Shown: positions 1-10,197 of the stretch, one piece after another
How positions within the stretch are numbered: the stretch's first letter is position 1
How the letters are laid out: each line of letters opens with the position of its first letter
Assembly (NCBI GenBank): GCA_041752695.1
Contig: JBGSVZ010000031.1
Location: 1-64,000 of the forward strand
Source of the DNA: Terrimicrobiaceae bacterium
GTDB lineage: Bacteria > Verrucomicrobiota > Verrucomicrobiia > Chthoniobacterales > Terrimicrobiaceae
Reading direction: 5' to 3'
Length of the DNA stretch: 64,000 nt
Position numbers and translations under genes: made by a program
Notes under the pieces: generated by a model
What the model was told of the DNA's origin: nothing
Seen by the model: only the letters and a program-made list of their open reading frames with translations
The model's database searches: none

Positions 1-505
1 AGCGAGTCGCGGCGCGCAGACCTGCGAGCGCGAGCCCGACTCCGCCACCCACATCGTCGAGCAGCCAGCCCCAGCCGCCGCACATGAAAGTCGCACCAGA
101 GGCGTCACAGCCGAGACAGTTCGTGCCGGTCCCTGCGATCAGAGCGATGCCGGGCTGGCCTGCGAGCCCGCCAGTGAGTGCGTTGTGGAGATCGTTGGCC
201 ACGGTGACGTGTCCGGCGGGAGCGAGTCCGGCGGTTTCGGCAACAGCGGTCATGCGCGCGATGTCCCCCGAGGCTTTGATCGCTGCGCATCCCAGAAAGG
301 CGGCCGCCGCCGGGGCGAAAGGTTTTCCCGTTTGCCGCCAAGCCGCTTCTGTGGCCCCGCGAAGTGCACGACCTGCGGCCTTTGCGCCGACGTTGTGGTA
401 GTTCGACGGTCCGGCCCTGCCCTCGCCATGCACGCGACCTTTCGCGTCCACCAAGATGGCGCTTGTGCGGGTGCCCCCGCCGTCGATGCCGAGGAAAAGT
501 TTCAT
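1..505 (-). CDS. BadF/BadG/BcrA/BcrD-family sugar kinase (N-acetylglucosamine kinase-like), partial, runs off the left end
   Basis: Not in the ORF track (no stop within the window). Manual translation from ATG at 505: MKLFLGIDGGGTRTSAILVD...GPSNYHNVG...VTVANDLHNALTGG...IALIAGTGTNC...CGGWGWLLDDVGGG, matching the GIDGGGT, ND, AGTG and GGWG motifs of this family. Confidence 0.88.
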   Translation of the reverse strand, partial: MKLFLGIDGGGTRTSAILVDAKGRVHGEGRAGPSNYHNVGAKAAGRALRGATEAAWRQTGKPFAPAAAAFLGCAAIKASGDIARMTAVAETAGLAPAGHVTVANDLHNALTGGLAGQPGIALIAGTGTNCLGCDASGATFMCGGWGWLLDDVGGGVGLALAGLRAATR

Positions 506-544
506 GCTGAGATTCTAGCAATCGCAAGGTACTCGACCACGCAA

Positions 545-588
545 TTGACACTTTGTAACAAGAACTTGCCAATGTAACATTTTATCAC
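545..588. promoter_or_regulatory. Divergent promoter region with candidate DeoR operator repeats
   Basis: AT-rich 83-bp spacer between divergent genes. TTGACA at 545-550; TGTAACA at 554-560 and 573-579, followed by TATCACA. Confidence 0.4.
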
Positions 589-1425
589 ATGACGACTGAC
601 CGCCACCAACGCATCCTCGCTCTGCTCCGGCTGCGTCCATCCGTTTCCTCGAAAGAGCTCCGCGATTTGTTCGGTGTGACGGCGATGACAGTCTGGCGAG
701 ACTTGCTCGAACTGGAGGAACAGGGCTTGTTGAACAGGGTGCGTGGGGGGGCACAGTCCGCGACGCGGACACCGGGCGAGCGCGAGTTCGAACTGAAAGC
801 TGAGTCCGCACGCGAAGCCAAACATCGCATCGCTGCATGCGCGGTGGCGAGGTTTGTCCGTGAGGGCGAGACTATCACGCTGGAAGGCGGCACGACCGTC
901 GCGGCATTGGTGGATCATCTGCCGGCGTCACGAGTTTCGGTGCTAACCAACAGCCTTCCGGTGGCTTTGCGCGTGCGGGCGAAGCGGCCTGATTTGCCAG
1001 TCAAAATGCCCGGTGGCTGGCTCAGCCAAATCTCGGGCAACGTCGTCGGGCCGGATGCCTTGCAGTTCATCTCGCGTCAGCGCGCTTCAACATGCTTTTT
1101 GAGCGCGACAGGCTTCGATTTCGTGCGAGGCCCGACAGATCCGAACCCGTTGGAAATCGAGGTGAAGCGTGCTTGGGCGGCAATCTCAGGCCGCGTGGTG
1201 CTTCTCCTTGATTCGGGAAAGTTCGGCGTAAAGAGCGCCGCAGTGATGATCCACCTTCGGCGCCTGTATGCGGTCGTCACGGACGCGCTGCCGCCTCCTG
1301 CGATTGCCGCGTGCCTTGCGGAGCACGGCGTTGAGCTCATTGTTGCACCGACTCCGATCACTGAATCATCGAGATCGAACGTCAAACTTCGCTCCAAGGT
1401 AGTGCGACGTCGTCGGGCGGGGTAA
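589..1425 (+). CDS. DeoR/GlpR family transcriptional regulator
   Basis: N-terminal HTH (FGVTAMTVWRDLLELEEQGLLNRVRGGA) plus DeoR sensor motifs (LEGGTT, TNSL, LDSGKFG). Confidence 0.93.
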   Translation: MTTDRHQRILALLRLRPSVSSKELRDLFGVTAMTVWRDLLELEEQGLLNRVRGGAQSATRTPGEREFELKAESAREAKHRIAACAVARFVREGETITLEGGTTVAALVDHLPASRVSVLTNSLPVALRVRAKRPDLPVKMPGGWLSQISGNVVGPDALQFISRQRASTCFLSATGFDFVRGPTDPNPLEIEVKRAWAAISGRVVLLLDSGKFGVKSAAVMIHLRRLYAVVTDALPPPAIAACLAEHGVELIVAPTPITESSRSNVKLRSKVVRRRRAG

Positions 1426-1486
1426 GTGAAGTTTCGTCGGTCACATCGGGAAGGCTGAGGGGATGAGGCTGATTGCATGACGGGAT

Positions 1487-3538
1487 TCAATAGACAGCGT
1501 CGCGACTGGTAACCGGAAAATCGTCGGAACGAAAAGGGCAGGCAGGGAGGCCCGCCTTGTTGTAAAGATTGCATGTTGGGTTGTCCCCCCAAGCATAACG
1601 GACAGCGATGGGTGCTGTGATTTCCGGAGATCTCACGATCACCGTATCGCCATCGACCTCTGCGTCGGCCCAGACCCACTTGCGGTCTTTTCCGCAGATC
1701 GTGAAGCCTTGAAGGCTACTCTTGGGCGATGGCGGGTCCAGCGGGAGGGTTTCAGGCTGGTTCGAGCGCGGCTTGAAAATCGCCGGCAGCGGCTGGGCAA
1801 CAAGGCCCCCGCCGAGATGATCGAAATGGACGCGAACGGAATCCCCTTCGATCCGCATGGAGCTGTAAATCGGACCGCTGAAGTTGACTTTCTCCCCGTA
1901 GGCCAGTGCCTGGGCCGCCAAGGCGAGGCGATGACCTACGACTTTCTTGCTGCGCGGATGAATATCGGCGGCCTCCCCGACATCGATCAGCACAGCGAGA
2001 CCGGTGTTTGGCAATGAAAGCGCCTTTAACTGCGAATCCCGTAACTCGGCCCATTTGCTTTCCCCTGGGGTCGCCGGTTTTTTGCCGTGATTCGCAAGCT
2101 GGCAAATGAGAAACGGGATGTCGGGTTGTTGCCAACCCTCCCTCCAATCTTGGATGAGCAGTTTAAGCGCGGTTTCATACTGGGCGGCGCGCTCAACATT
2201 TGCTTCGCCTTGATACCAAAGAACCCCCCGGACGGAGTAGGGGATGAGTGGATGAATCATGGCATGGAACATGCCGGACGGGACGGCTAACGGACGAACG
2301 GGGATGGGAACGGGCGGACAACTTGCCTGGGCTTCAGCGGACAACGGCGGAAGGGCGCGTTCAACTTTGGCGAACCACTCGCCATCGAGGGGCTTGGCAC
2401 CGTAGTCGAGGTTGAAAGTGTTTCCGGACGGTTTCAAAATTGCGGCGCCTCGGGCCGGTTGGAACAGGCGAATCGCCAGAGTGTTTTCACCAACCTGAAT
2501 GCTGTCCTCGGAAATAAAAAAAGACACGACGGGGGCAGGGAGGTTTTCCTGTGACGTCTGACCGACTCTTTTGCCGTTCCAGTACGCCTCAACAAAGCCC
2601 TCGGGATGGCCGATATTGAACTGCGTGCCGGTGAGCACTTTCGGATAATGTATCGTACGACGCAGCCAGATGGCACCGGCCTCGGGAAGTCCTGCCCTGG
2701 CGAGCTCTCCCGGTAATTGAACCGGCTTCCAGTCTTCTGTGGAAACATCGGGGGCGGCGAATTCGGCGGGCTGACCTTCGCGAAGATCCGACCGTGCGAA
2801 GCGAACTGCCCATGCCGAACTCGTTTTCTGATAGGCGGCGACCTCGACGAGTGATTTAAGCGTTGCCTCCCTGAGTTCCTGCGCACGTTGTTTCAGTGCT
2901 TGGTCCTTCGCAAAACCATTGGAACTGATCCAACGCTCAATATTCATTCCTCCCCACGAGGCGTGGAGCAATCCAACCGGAGCCTGCCGCCGCGCGGAGA
3001 TTTCCTTTGCAAAGAAGTACGCAACTGCCGAGAACGCGCCCACCGTTTCCGGGGCGGCCACGATCCACTCCCCCTTGCAGTCTGGCGCGGGTTCCATTGC
3101 TGTTTTTCGAGTTACGGTGAACTGGCGAATCAGCGGGTTCGGCGGCAAATCAGCTTCTTCTTTGGCTTCGAGCGACTGGCCAAGCGTCCATTCCATGTTC
3201 GATTGACCGGAAGCCAGCCACACTTCACCAATCATAATGTCCTTCACGACAATCCGATTGGCCCCCTCAACGATCAGATCGAATGGCCCGGAATGGAACT
3301 CCTGCAGATCAAAATCGACCTTCCATTGACCATCTGCGTGGGTGACGGTCTTTTCACACTGGTCGTTTAAAGTGACACTAATTTCTTCGCCTGGATCGGC
3401 CCAACCCCAGATCGGAACCTTTTCGGATCGATTCAAGACGGCGTGGTCAGAGATAATTGCCGGGAGTCGGATGGCTCCGGATGCTGGCCCGACGGTCATT
3501 AGTCCACAAAGAATCAAAGGCCAATGTCGCGATGTCAT
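1487..3538 (-). CDS. Sialate O-acetylesterase (SGNH/SASA) family protein, secreted
   Basis: Signal peptide; GEVWLASGQSNM, WYQGEAN, DIHP, AVRYAW, NLYNKAGLPACPFRSD motifs. Confidence 0.9.
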   Translation of the reverse strand: MTSRHWPLILCGLMTVGPASGAIRLPAIISDHAVLNRSEKVPIWGWADPGEEISVTLNDQCEKTVTHADGQWKVDFDLQEFHSGPFDLIVEGANRIVVKDIMIGEVWLASGQSNMEWTLGQSLEAKEEADLPPNPLIRQFTVTRKTAMEPAPDCKGEWIVAAPETVGAFSAVAYFFAKEISARRQAPVGLLHASWGGMNIERWISSNGFAKDQALKQRAQELREATLKSLVEVAAYQKTSSAWAVRFARSDLREGQPAEFAAPDVSTEDWKPVQLPGELARAGLPEAGAIWLRRTIHYPKVLTGTQFNIGHPEGFVEAYWNGKRVGQTSQENLPAPVVSFFISEDSIQVGENTLAIRLFQPARGAAILKPSGNTFNLDYGAKPLDGEWFAKVERALPPLSAEAQASCPPVPIPVRPLAVPSGMFHAMIHPLIPYSVRGVLWYQGEANVERAAQYETALKLLIQDWREGWQQPDIPFLICQLANHGKKPATPGESKWAELRDSQLKALSLPNTGLAVLIDVGEAADIHPRSKKVVGHRLALAAQALAYGEKVNFSGPIYSSMRIEGDSVRVHFDHLGGGLVAQPLPAIFKPRSNQPETLPLDPPSPKSSLQGFTICGKDRKWVWADAEVDGDTVIVRSPEITAPIAVRYAWGDNPTCNLYNKAGLPACPFRSDDFPVTSRDAVY

Positions 3539-5451
3539 GGGGCCTTGTCTGGAACGGCGGTCACTCTTAACGAGGCTGTCGCGTTTGCAGGACTTGAGAT
3601 GCTAATAGTGATGCGGGTGTGTTCCGGCAACGGACTGTCGATTTTGGGATCAAGAAGCGACGAAGCCTGCTGGATATCCACACGGGGGTTGTCCCCTTCG
3701 ACTCTCAAGCGGAGTCCCTTTCCATCCTGCTCAAGGCGAACACCGCCGGGTTCCGGCGTGACGACAGCCCGTGTCAGCCACTGCCAGGTGACCTCAACAG
3801 GCTTCTCCAGTGTCGTCCATGTGTCAGTCAACACGATGCTTGCATCCGGGCGGAGCGTGGCGCTGCGGTGCGCGGATGCGACCTGGCCCGCGTAGGACGG
3901 CGAGAGATCGAGCTCCACCGTGGCTCCGTCGGTGGATTCCCGGATCGGGCCGACGGCGGCGTGACCGTCCACGTTCTGAGGCGCACCGTTGAAGCGCAGG
4001 ATGTTGTGCCCCTCGGGACCGAGGCGGAACACTTTCCACCGTTTACTGTCCTGCACATAGTTGAAGATTTCCTCCTGCTTGTATCCGGCTGCGCGCAGGA
4101 AGGAATAGTTGTCGCGAACCGGATCCAGCGCCCAACGGACTCCAAGCGCTTCGAGGACAAACGAACCGGCATCCATGTGCGCGTGGGAATGATGGGCGGT
4201 GCCACCCTTGATGGCCAGCCAGGTCGCTAGCGGGTCACTCCATGACGAGCGGAGCACCGCGATGGGTTGGATGCTTTCCCCTCGCCAATTCAAGGGATCG
4301 GCAGGCACTTTGGGGAGTGACTCCGGCAAGGCCCGCCACCAGAGAAGCAAGAGGGGGAGTTCGCGGTTATCCTCCTCCTCAACCTGCGCGGCAAACTGTT
4401 GCACACGCTCGAGCTCTGCGCGCGCAAGATCGGGGCGCTGATTCTCCCGGGCGAACCACAGGGCTGCGGCGCTGTAGCTGCGCTTCTTGTGATTGTCGGC
4501 ATGATTGAAAAACTCACCCGTTGGACCGGTAAGGAAGTCCAGGGATGCGGCGGATTGGAGGAAGCCGGGAAAGCTTTCCAATCCCGTGCTCGAACCGAGT
4601 GCCGAGCGCAGGGCTTCGATCTGGATGACGTGATAGGTCGTGCCATAGCTCCAGTACGAGGGGCCTTCGGGGTAGACGCCGGCCGGCGCATAAGCGGCCG
4701 CGGCGCGAGGCAGGTTTGCAATCGAGCGATTGATGATCCGTTTCGCCAATGCCGGGTCTCGTTCAGTCGTGACCAGCGCACCAGTGACGAGGCCACTGTT
4801 GCAGACTTGGTTCCAGTTGTGATCGGCCCAAATCCAACCCATCTTTTCCTCCTCGGTTACCGATGCGAGCAGCGCCTCGCGATGGATTTTCTCGATGATG
4901 GCTGCGCGCTCCGCAGGCGTAAGAGAGTCGTAAAGCCAGTCGAGTCCGGCGCTCAACGAGAACGTTGCTTCAGCCGTGTCGAGGAAGTGGCCGCGCGGCC
5001 ACGGCTGAGCGATCAGATCCTGGATGACAGACCGTGCGGCCTCAAGCCAGGTTGGATTATCCGTAAGTCGATAGACCACCGCAAATGTCAAAATCCGTCG
5101 TTCCGCTTCGCGCACGGCGATCAGAATGTTGTGCGGGTCGGCGGTGTAATCGACTGGTGGCAGTGCAAGCATCGACTTCGCGCGTCCGCGCAAGAGTTTG
5201 AAGATCATGGCCGTGTCCGCATCCGTTTTCACCTGCTCGCGCAGTTCGCGCCAGCGGGTGGCATTCGCAAGAAGGCGGGGATGGGGTGGCAGTTTGGCGA
5301 GCTGACTTAGGGTCACCACCTCGGGCGGATTCGCGAGATCGGTTGGAGCCGATTCCTCGGCTTGAGTGGTTGCAACGATTGCGAGGGATGCCATAACACG
5401 AAGTAGCCCGAGAGGATGCGTAACAAGGGAGAAAACACTCATGGAAATCAA
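3535..5451 (-). CDS. Heparinase II/III family polysaccharide lyase-like protein (start may be ATG at 5442)
   Basis: PHPRLL, HFLDTAE, HNWNQVCN, YPEGPSYWSYGT, HSHAHMDAGSFVL and HN motifs; signal peptide. Confidence 0.85.
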   Translation of the reverse strand: MISMSVFSLVTHPLGLLRVMASLAIVATTQAEESAPTDLANPPEVVTLSQLAKLPPHPRLLANATRWRELREQVKTDADTAMIFKLLRGRAKSMLALPPVDYTADPHNILIAVREAERRILTFAVVYRLTDNPTWLEAARSVIQDLIAQPWPRGHFLDTAEATFSLSAGLDWLYDSLTPAERAAIIEKIHREALLASVTEEEKMGWIWADHNWNQVCNSGLVTGALVTTERDPALAKRIINRSIANLPRAAAAYAPAGVYPEGPSYWSYGTTYHVIQIEALRSALGSSTGLESFPGFLQSAASLDFLTGPTGEFFNHADNHKKRSYSAAALWFARENQRPDLARAELERVQQFAAQVEEEDNRELPLLLLWWRALPESLPKVPADPLNWRGESIQPIAVLRSSWSDPLATWLAIKGGTAHHSHAHMDAGSFVLEALGVRWALDPVRDNYSFLRAAGYKQEEIFNYVQDSKRWKVFRLGPEGHNILRFNGAPQNVDGHAAVGPIRESTDGATVELDLSPSYAGQVASAHRSATLRPDASIVLTDTWTTLEKPVEVTWQWLTRAVVTPEPGGVRLEQDGKGLRLRVEGDNPRVDIQQASSLLDPKIDSPLPEHTRITISISSPANATASLRVTAVPDKAP

Positions 5452-6284
5452 AGCCGTCCGCGGCGCGCCTCCAGTTCCTGGCGGATCTGCTCCATGCGCG
5501 TTCGGGACAAGGGGTTGTAGTCATCCCCTCCGGGCGTGCCGTCCTCCATGATCGCGATGATGTTGTCGCCGGTGAGGGGTTTGTTGACGGCAGCCTGGAC
5601 CGTTGCGAGGGCCGTTGCCACGTTGAGACCATTGTTGGTGTCCGAGCCACCAATCGAGGCGGGTTTGACGTAGTATTTCAGTGTGGAATAGTTGACATTT
5701 TCGAGCTTCAACATGTGGGCGGATGCCGCCGGCCAACCCGCTGTACTATCCAACTCAAAGGACAGTTTTACGTAGGCATTTGTTGGGTTGAAGGCCCCCT
5801 CTCCGTCCGGTGTCATCTTGTCGAGATCGAGCGCATAGCGCTGATAAAAATCACCCGCGGCAGGATAGATAAGTGCCGAGCGTCCGCCCGCCCGGAGACT
5901 TGGAGAACTATAGGATTCGATCCGCACCCGAACCGGATAAGCACTCGAGGCCGATAACGAAAAACTGAGCGTCAGCAGTCCGAGGTTGGTTTGACTATTC
6001 ACGACAGCCAACGATCCGCTATTGATTCCCGCCGTCCAATTTCCTGCGGCCGAAGTGCTATTCACCACCCGTTGCATACCGCCTGAAGAGGTGCTGCCTC
6101 CGTAGGTTTTGATCGTTCCTGCCGTTGTCCAGGTCGGGCCGGTCGTAATGTTGCCCTCGCCGGTGGAATATCCTGTCATTCCCGACCAAGGGTTCGAACC
6201 CTCGAAACCAAACCGCAAAATCGTGGCGGCCTGCACCGTCGTGATCACAAACAAAAGAATCGAGAACACGATCAAGGGGAACAC
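5448..6284 (-). pseudogene. Secreted protein, apparently C-terminally truncated at the start of a beta-helix (DUF1565-like) domain
   Basis: Signal peptide; YYVKPASIGGSDTNNGLNVATALATVQAAVNK is a typical beta-helix cap but the ORF ends about 45 aa later with an unrelated charged tail. Confidence 0.5.
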
Positions 6285-6684
6285 GGCACGTTACAGGCCT
6301 CCCTTGAAGAGGAAATATGGGGAATGGGGGTTCACTGTATTTTCGGATTCAGGAGTTGGAGTTCAATCCCAAGGCAGCTTCTCATAACTCCGCTGGTGGG
6401 GACGGTTTACCGATTTCCCACAGGAACTCGTGCCGCACGAACCACCCCCGAACATCAATTCCTTCGTCGAGAGGACCCTGCCATAGGGCTCCCGCTCGTG
6501 CGATCCCTAGTTCACTAAACCCGTTTAATAGATCGCAGCAACCTGCCCGGTTTAGCTTTACCTCCCCCCCTTACTCTTCTTTCTCAGAAGAAGAAGAGGA
6601 CCACTCGGCCGGATCTCCGGGAGCAGGCACCATTGGTCGCAGCCAGAGGAGCACGAACCGGATCAACATCGGCCCTGCGGATTT

Positions 6685-6996
6685 TTAATGCCTCTTGATG
6701 CTTCCAGGGCGCTTCTCGCTCCGACTCTTCTCGGCGACCGCAATGGTATCGTCCAGTCTGGTGGCGGTCAGCGGTGGGCGAATGGTCTTCGATGTGCCAT
6801 TGGGCAATGCTACCCTCATCTGCGCGTTGAACGAGTCGTTCCTCGTCACGGTGCCTCGCACTTTGCGCTTGCGGGAATCCAAGACCGGGGTGAATCTCGC
6901 CCCGTGGTCCTTCGGCTTAACAGCGTCAATTTGTGCGCGCCGCGTCTCGTTACGGTTTGTGGCGTTGAATTCGCGCAGATAGTCGCACAGGCGCAA
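6685..6996 (-). pseudogene. Remnant of a tyrosine integrase N-terminal (arm-binding) region
   Basis: FTPVLDSRKRKVRG...AQMRVALPNG...PL.ATRLDD.IA.AEK resembles N-termini of tRNA-adjacent integrases from memory; no catalytic domain follows; lies about 45 bp from tRNA-Leu. Confidence 0.55.
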
Positions 6997-7039
6997 CCTC
7001 GGGAACGAGTTGCTTCTGTAAGTTGTTGGTAATCAGTAA

Positions 7040-7121
7040 GCCCGGTTGGCGAAATTGGCAGACGCGCCAGACTTAGGATCTGGTTCCGCAAGGAGTGTGG
7101 GTTCAAGTCCCTCATCGGGCA
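7040..7121 (+). tRNA. tRNA-Leu(TAG)
   Basis: Acceptor GCCCGGT/ATCGGGC, anticodon arm CCAGA-CTTAGGA-TCTGG, long variable arm, T-loop GTTCAAGTC; CCA not encoded. Confidence 0.96.
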
Positions 7122-7188
7122 TATTTTCGGCACCGCCTTCAGAGGGTTGGCGGGCCCTGGCTCCCGCTCGTGGCTTTTCGCCCGTGAA

Positions 7189-7602
7189 TTAATTTGCGCC
7201 CGGACCCGGATGCTGTTGCACCGGTATGACGGGCAGGGGGAAGCGAATTTTCACTTCGCCGTCCAACTTCAGCTCGACGGTGTAAATTCCGTGTTTGGGA
7301 AATTGGACGCCGCCGAAGACGTGGACGTTCGTGACGTGCGAGTTCATCTCCGGCAGCTTAAATTTGACCTCGCTCTGCGCGATCGGTCGGTCGTCGTCGC
7401 AGCCGAGGATGAGCGAAGTCTGGTGAAACTCTCCCACGCCGCCGCACCACCGCGACCAGAGGCACAGTTTAAAAAATCCAATTGGCAACACCGGGGCGGG
7501 AATGACGCCGATGACGCCAATGAGCGTTTGTTGTCCGCTGATCTCGGTGCGCACGTCCTCGCAGAGGATGGCGGCCTGGAGGTCGGGTGGGATGAGATTC
7601 AT
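7189..7602 (-). CDS. Conserved hypothetical protein (DUF6941-like beta-sandwich)
   Basis: AILCEDVRTE.SG...LIGV...F...G.Y.VEL.LDGE pattern; 3 bp downstream of uppP. Confidence 0.6.
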   Translation of the reverse strand: MNLIPPDLQAAILCEDVRTEISGQQTLIGVIGVIPAPVLPIGFFKLCLWSRWCGGVGEFHQTSLILGCDDDRPIAQSEVKFKLPEMNSHVTNVHVFGGVQFPKHGIYTVELKLDGEVKIRFPLPVIPVQQHPGPGAN

Positions 7603-7605
7603 GGA

Positions 7606-8451
7606 TCAATGGCTCAGCCAGCCGCCGAGGAGAAGGATGGTGACGACTGCGGCCAGCGCGATCCGGTAATATCCGAAGATTTGCATGCCGTGTTTGTTCA
7701 GGTAGGCGACCATCCATTTCACGGCCAGCACCGCGGAAATCCAGGCACCGAGAAATCCCAGGAGGAGGGCGGTGGGGCCGAATGACTCCAGCATTTCCCG
7801 GCCGTGCTTCAGGCCATCGTAGGCCGTCGCGGCTCCAAGAGTGACCACTCCGAGGAGAAAGGCGAATTCGACCGCGGCGGGCAGGCTGAGGCCCACAAGG
7901 ACTCCGCCGACGATGGTCACGAGACTGCGGCTAACCCCGGGCCACATGGCAAGGCACTGGATAAATCCGATAATCAAGGCCATTCGCCAGGTCAGGCTGT
8001 TAAGGTCGAGAGCCGGCTTGCCCGTCGAAAGGTTTTTTGCTCGCCACCAATTGACGCCAAGGATGGCCACTCCGCCGACGAACCAGGCGAAGACCACCGG
8101 CCAGAGGCCCCAGGCGTCGCCGCCGAACAGGTATTTTTTAATCGGTTTTTCGAGCAGGAGTCCACAGGCGACGGCCGGAAGGAAAGCTGTGATGACGCAG
8201 ATCGCCATGCGCAGGCCTTCAGGATCGCGTCCGAGCACGCCGAAGACCATCTGGCGGACCCGCCGAAAATAAAGCCCCAAAACAGCGACAATGGCGCCGG
8301 CCTGGATGCAGATCGCGAAGGCGTCGGCCAATTCGCTATGGGCGATGCCCATGGCGCGCTGCGCCAGCAAAAGATGGCCGGTCGAACTGACCGGCAAGTA
8401 TTCCGTAACCCCCTCGACGATGCCGAGGATCAGGGCTTGCCACCACTCCAT
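7606..8451 (-). CDS. uppP: Undecaprenyl-diphosphate phosphatase
   Basis: GIVEGVTEYLPVSSTGHL and PGVSRS motifs; polytopic membrane protein. Confidence 0.95.
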   Translation of the reverse strand: MEWWQALILGIVEGVTEYLPVSSTGHLLLAQRAMGIAHSELADAFAICIQAGAIVAVLGLYFRRVRQMVFGVLGRDPEGLRMAICVITAFLPAVACGLLLEKPIKKYLFGGDAWGLWPVVFAWFVGGVAILGVNWWRAKNLSTGKPALDLNSLTWRMALIIGFIQCLAMWPGVSRSLVTIVGGVLVGLSLPAAVEFAFLLGVVTLGAATAYDGLKHGREMLESFGPTALLLGFLGAWISAVLAVKWMVAYLNKHGMQIFGYYRIALAAVVTILLLGGWLSH

Positions 8452-8499
8452 GGAGAAACAGATCCGGAACAGGCGACGGTGGGAAACCGCCGAGCGGGC

Positions 8500-8853
<354 letters not shown>

Positions 8854-9043
8854 TTATGCGGGTCGTCTCCTCTTGGCAAGCAGGGATGCGTGGGAAAAAT
8901 AGGGGGCTAGGGCTGAGGATTTCGTAGGGACCAACGTGCCGCTGGCCGGTTGGGTAGGGAAGTTCATGGTTTTCCTTTTCGGCTGGCTACGAAAACGCAT
9001 AGATTCCGACTTGCTCGGGTCTGCAATGTCCCGGTGTTCCCAA

Positions 9044-9116
9044 GGGGGTATAGCTCAACGGTCAGAGCAGGCGGCTCATAACTGCTTGGTTCACGGTTCG
9101 AATCCGTGTACCCCCA
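9044..9116 (+). tRNA. tRNA with CAT anticodon, most likely tRNA-Ile2 (lysidine)
   Basis: Acceptor GGGGGTA/TACCCCC, loop CTCATAA; GAGCAGGCGGCTCATAACTGCTTGG resembles ileX-type tRNAs; lacks initiator features. Confidence 0.9.
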
Positions 9117-9162
9117 CATTTTTTTAGTGACGCCCGCCCGTTGAGCGGGGACTGATGGGAGG

Positions 9163-10194
9163 ATGAAATCCCCGTTGCGCGTGATCGCGAGGATCTTTTT
9201 TTTGCTCGTGGTGGCGGTGCTGATGGCCGTTGGTCTCACGCTGGCGTGGTTCACGTCCTGGCGCTCGGACAAGATTGCGCTGCTTGATGGGGGAAGTGAG
9301 GTCGCGGAAACGAGGGCTGGGCCCGTGGAGTATCTCGCCGGGGGCGACGGTCCGGTGGTGTTGGTATTTCATGGTGCCCCGGGTGGATATGATCAGGCGA
9401 TGCTTCTGGGATCGACTTTGCGCGACGAGGGATTTCAGGTGATTGCCCCTTCGCGTCCGGGGTATTTGCGGACGCCACTGGCGACGGGGTTGTTGCCGGA
9501 ACAACAGGCGGACGCGATGGTGGCGCTCCTCGATAATTTGGGCCTGCAGAGTGTGGCCGTTCTGGGCTTCTCCGAAGGGGCGCCTGCCGCGATCTTTTTT
9601 GCCCTGAAACATCCCCAGCGAATCTCGGCGCTGGCGTTGGTTTCTCCGGTGACCAAACGATTCGACCCCCATGCCAAAACGGGGGGAGTGGAGTTCGGGC
9701 GCGAGATTCTCAAGGGTCTCACGGGCGACGTGGGGTCGTGGCTCGGCTGGGAAATTGCCGAACGCGATCCCGTGCGCGGGCTCGACTGGCTGCTGGATCT
9801 CACTTCGACGCAAGAACCGTTGCAGAGGAGGACTTCCGCCCATTTTATCGCCGCCAGCCTGGAGCAGCGGGAGTGGTATCGGAGTCTGATGGGAACATTT
9901 GCCCCGCTCAGTCCGCGTGAAACCGGCGCCCGCAACGACGCCATTCAGGTGCGCAGCCTGCAGGACTTTGCGTTTCCGAAAATCACCACCCGCACGCTCC
10001 TCATCCACGGCACCCTCGACCGCTGCGTTCCCCTCGCCGACAGCGAAGCCGCGGTGGCGAAGATCCCCGGTGCGACCCTGCTGGCGGTACCGGACGCGGG
10101 ACACATCGTTCAGTTGGGGGAAAATGGGGGAGTGGTGCGCCAGAAGTTGGGGGAGTTTTTTCGCGCAGCCTCCGGTGGGCAGGGGAGCCCTTAA
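9163..10194 (+). CDS. Alpha/beta hydrolase with N-terminal membrane anchor
   Basis: HGAPGG oxyanion motif, GFSEG nucleophile elbow, HGTLD acid, DAGH histidine. Confidence 0.88.
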   Translation: MKSPLRVIARIFFLLVVAVLMAVGLTLAWFTSWRSDKIALLDGGSEVAETRAGPVEYLAGGDGPVVLVFHGAPGGYDQAMLLGSTLRDEGFQVIAPSRPGYLRTPLATGLLPEQQADAMVALLDNLGLQSVAVLGFSEGAPAAIFFALKHPQRISALALVSPVTKRFDPHAKTGGVEFGREILKGLTGDVGSWLGWEIAERDPVRGLDWLLDLTSTQEPLQRRTSAHFIAASLEQREWYRSLMGTFAPLSPRETGARNDAIQVRSLQDFAFPKITTRTLLIHGTLDRCVPLADSEAAVAKIPGATLLAVPDAGHIVQLGENGGVVRQKLGEFFRAASGGQGSP

Positions 10195-10197
10195 GTA

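Noticed and set aside
8874..8890. Sigma54-like TGGCAAG...TGC near glnB
   Set aside because: GG-GC spacing is 11 rather than 10 and it points away from glnB.
9044..9116. tRNA-Met or fMet assignment
   Set aside because: Paired first base, no GGG/CCC anticodon stem, ileX-like arms; Ile2 preferred, though tRNAscan-SE should confirm.
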